Source: the human T2T-CHM13v2.0 reference genome, Homo sapiens. From it: a stretch of 64,000 nt of DNA. Each line of letters starts with the position of its first letter. Position 1 is the first letter of the stretch. The notes beneath the pieces are model-generated. The model saw only the letters and a program-made list of their open reading frames with translations, made no database searches and was not told the DNA's origin. The stretch is taken from NCBI RefSeq assembly GCF_009914755.1, contig NC_060928.1. One strand, given 5' to 3'. The position numbers were made by a program, and so were the translations under genes. Below, one piece after another: positions 58,174 to 64,000 of the stretch.

Positions 58174-58605
58174 AACATTTGAGAGATATTGAATGTTCAG
58201 TAGCACAAGACACACATTTCATACAGAGTAAATGGAGACTAGTTGCCAGTGTTTAGGTTAAAGAGTGAATAGGGATAAGTAGTAGAAGATGGTACCATGG
58301 ATGTAGTTTAGTTGCATCCTGTCAACAGTGAAGAAACACTGACAGAGGAGAGGACATGGAGACAGCCGAAAATGCATTTGGTTATTGAAATAGTGAAGGT
58401 AAAAATAATTTGGATTTCTACAGTAGTGGCAATAAACGTGGAGAAAGTGATGTAAATTTTAGAGTCCTTGGTAGAGACAAGGGCTTGTCATCTTGTGGGA
58501 TATCAGTGTTACAGGAAGATGGATGGGTAGAGATAACAGTGAAGCTTCTAGTTATAAAAATAGAAAGTGATGTTTTAATGCCCAGAGGATCCAAAAGGAG
58601 GGAAA

Positions 58606-59428
58606 TGTGATAGGCTGAATAATGACCCCATAAGATTTCCAGATCCTAGTTTCTGAAACCTGTAAATGTCATGCTACATAGAAAATAATTTGTAGATTTG
58701 ATTAAGGATTGAGACAGCCAGGTGGGAAGGGTTCCCCAGAAAAACTCCACTAGGCCTGCTCCATGGGAAGAGTTCACACTGGAGTGGAGCTGCAGAAGTT
58801 CCCTCCATTTGCAGTGGGGAGGACACCAGCCCCTCCTCTTCCTGGGTGGAACCTAGGATTTAATCTTTGAGGTGGGAAGCACACTAGCAGGGACTCTGGC
58901 CTTGGGGAGAGTCTCCGTTTCCCTCTTTTCCTTCTCACCCAATAAACCCTGTCCTCCCCACCCTTCAAATTGTCTGCAAGCCTAATTTTTCATGGCCATG
59001 TGATAAGGACCCCCATCTTTAGCTGAACTAAGGAAAGAGTCCTCCAACAAGATCATGAGATGGGAAAATTATCCTGGATTATCCAGGTTGACCTTCAGAG
59101 CAATCACAGGTATTCTTGTAAGATGGAGGCAGAGGGAAATTTCAAACAAGGAGAGGGCAATGTGACCATGGATTGTTGTGATGCCACCATAATTCCAGCA
59201 GAAGGATTCCAGCAGAAGGATTCCAGCAGAAGCTGGAAGAGGCAAGGAACTGATTCTCCCCTGTCATCTCCTGAGGGAGCACAACTCTAACAACCTGTTG
59301 ATATTGGCCCAGTGAAACTTATTTAGGACTTCTGGTTTCTGAAACCATATGAAAAGAAATTTTGTTGCATTAAGACACTAAATAAATTTGTGAGAATTTT
59401 TTACAACAGGAATAAGAAATAAAGACAT
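58606..59428 (+). mobile_element. MLT1C/D LTR split by MER61
   Basis: tgtgataggctgaataatgacccc...attaaggat | gatcatgagatgggaaaattatcctggattatccagg...gaagctggaagaggcaaggaac. Confidence 0.85.
58710..59049 (+). mobile_element. MER61A-like (ERV1) solo LTR
   Basis: tgagacagccaggtgggaaggg...aataaa...tttagctgaactaagg...caaca; ggat/agat flanks. Confidence 0.85.
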
Positions 59429-59458
59429 AAGATTAGCCTATAGTTTCTAGCTAGGACC

Positions 59459-59600
59459 ATGTATGTATGTGTGTATACACACACAGACACACACACACAT
59501 ATATATATATACACACAAAAATATATATATATATTTGATATATTTGTATGTGCATGTGTGCTTGTGAATTTTGTGTATGTGTGTGTATGTAGGTATGTTC
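59459..59600. repeat. (TG/CA/TA)n compound microsatellite
   Basis: Directly visible. Confidence 0.85.
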
Positions 59601-60189
59601 ACATGTGAACTGATGAAAATATAGAAGAAAGGAAAGGCTAAAACTGAAATAAAATTAAAAAGGCAACATGGAACGCCATGTGTTTCTCACTTCTCTCCAC
59701 TAATATTGCAGCCAAGATACTAGATATGAAAATATCAAAGGAAGTTAAGAGAGGAAGATTTTAGACATGCCAAGAAAATTATCCCAGCTGGTAGATAAAG
59801 TGCTGTCAGGAGGGCTAATATAGACTTTATGATTCCCTGTCTGGTGCTGTAAAGTTTAAACTCAACACATCACCATATCTTGTATGCCTATATACCAGGT
59901 CTGCCTCTTCCACCATCCTTCCATTAATGATTTTCAAGAAAAAGATGCTAAAATAATTTCATGAAAATCACTTAAGACCTCCAGATGGAAAATGGTTGGT
60001 GATAAACATGATATTTATAACAACCATAAGCTGGTGCCCCAACACCCTCCCTGTACATCCAGCCATGTGGAATTAGTAGAATTACGAAAATCATACCGGA
60101 CAATGCTTCTCTGAATTGAGCAGAAAAAGCTCTGGAAGCCCAATAATACTTTCTGAATCCCCTTTGTATGAGTTTCTGTAATGAGCAGA

Positions 60190-60400
60190 TGATAATTAAA
60201 CATCGACTGAGTCAGACACTGTTTCAAGTGACTTTTCATGTGTCATCTATTTGTTTCTCATAATGCCACCATGATATAGTTCTTATGTGTCTAATTATCT
60301 CTCTTGCATAGACTGGAAAAAGGAGTCCCAGAGAGTTTAATTCCTAGTCATGAAGCAGTAGAGTCAGCAGTCAAACTGAGTACACATTCTTAACCAGTGT
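60190..60400 (-). mobile_element. MIR SINE remnant
   Basis: gtcagacactgtttcaagtg...tctcataatgccacc...cccagagagtttaa...cttaacca. Confidence 0.6.
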
Positions 60401-61309
60401 GCTGCAGATTCTACTGAAAGTCATGTGGCATTCAGGTTCGTTTTTTAGGTCTTCTATTCAAGCTTTCTAATTTTAAGAGAGCAGCTGTCGTGCTGCTCAG
60501 TGCCCTATAGATCATTATAGATGATCTTTGATATATGTGTTAGATGCAGCAGCAGCAACAATAACAGTGTGGGGTCAAGCAGGTTTGGAGGGCCTCCTAA
60601 AAATCTCAGGTTTTACTCATGCTTCTGGAGCTCTGGCTTTTTTGGAATTAAATTACTGAAACAGATATTCTGTACCTCTTCCTCTTACACTTCCATTCTG
60701 TCTTTTTTTTTTTTTCCTCCTGGCAACAGATCCTAATAATTGTCAAGATATCTGCTAAAACTTTCATGCTCATAGGCCTAATTAGAACAAGTTTCTGATT
60801 AAGATGTGAATATATAGATAATAATTAATTGGATAGATTGTGAAACAAAACATTGTGGTTAAGTAGAAAATAATTTTTTACATACTTGTTGAAAATTATC
60901 CTTACCTATATAAGACACTTCTCTTTTTGATAAAAAGCTTTTATATTTTTCATGGCCATCATTTAAAATTGGCAGTCACATTAAACATGAATGTTGCTAA
61001 AGAAAACAGAGAAACCCACACTAAATATATAATAATCCCACCATGTAAACTGAATTTACCATTGTAATTTTTAATTACTGTAAATAGCTCATTTTTTGTA
61101 ATTCATATTTTGTTTCTCTAAATGCAAAAGATAAAAAAGTAAAAGTCACATATTTTATCAATTGAGCTTATTAAGAAATAGATTTTTAAATTAAGCTACA
61201 TTTAGGCCCCTATTATAATTTTTCCATGTAACCTATAAATGTTGAAAAAACTGTATGGCAAAAGTAAATTATTTTAATAATGTGAAAACAAACTTTCTTA
61301 AAAAACCAT

Positions 61310-63900
<2,591 letters not shown>

Positions 63901-64000
63901 TAATGAGATTTCTGACTGTAATAACTTGAGTCTTGAGAAGTTTAAAATATTATCTTATAAAGGAAAGCAATTAGCTTGTTTTAAGTCAATATCAAAGTAA

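Overview
Primate, most likely human, AT-rich and CpG-poor intergenic or deep-intronic DNA made largely of transposable-element remains. I see no credible protein-coding gene, tRNA, rRNA, CpG island or CRISPR array. The listed ORFs are L1 ORF fragments, Alu or microsatellite artefacts, or chance ORFs. Main elements: a full-length but inactivated L1PA7-type LINE (~12.47-18.93 kb) abutting an older 5'-inverted L1M; a 5'-complete, internally deleted L1PB1-type LINE (~53.6-58.2 kb) holding a ~700 bp alternating purine-pyrimidine tract; a long antisense L1M (~39.1-45.4 kb) interrupted by MaLR LTRs, Alus and a Tigger3a/MER7; solo LTRs (MER11, MER39, MER34-like, MER31-like, MER61, THE1/MST, MLT1, LTR16); ten Alus; and many L2/MIR remnants. 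Subfamily names come from my recall of the consensus sequences and need RepeatMasker/Dfam confirmation. I found no evidence of a new biological system. The best leads are an open 140-codon ORF0 homologue, an E-box-dense microsatellite, a candidate minus-strand exon next to an LTR, two STAT/ETS palindromes, and several structural oddities.
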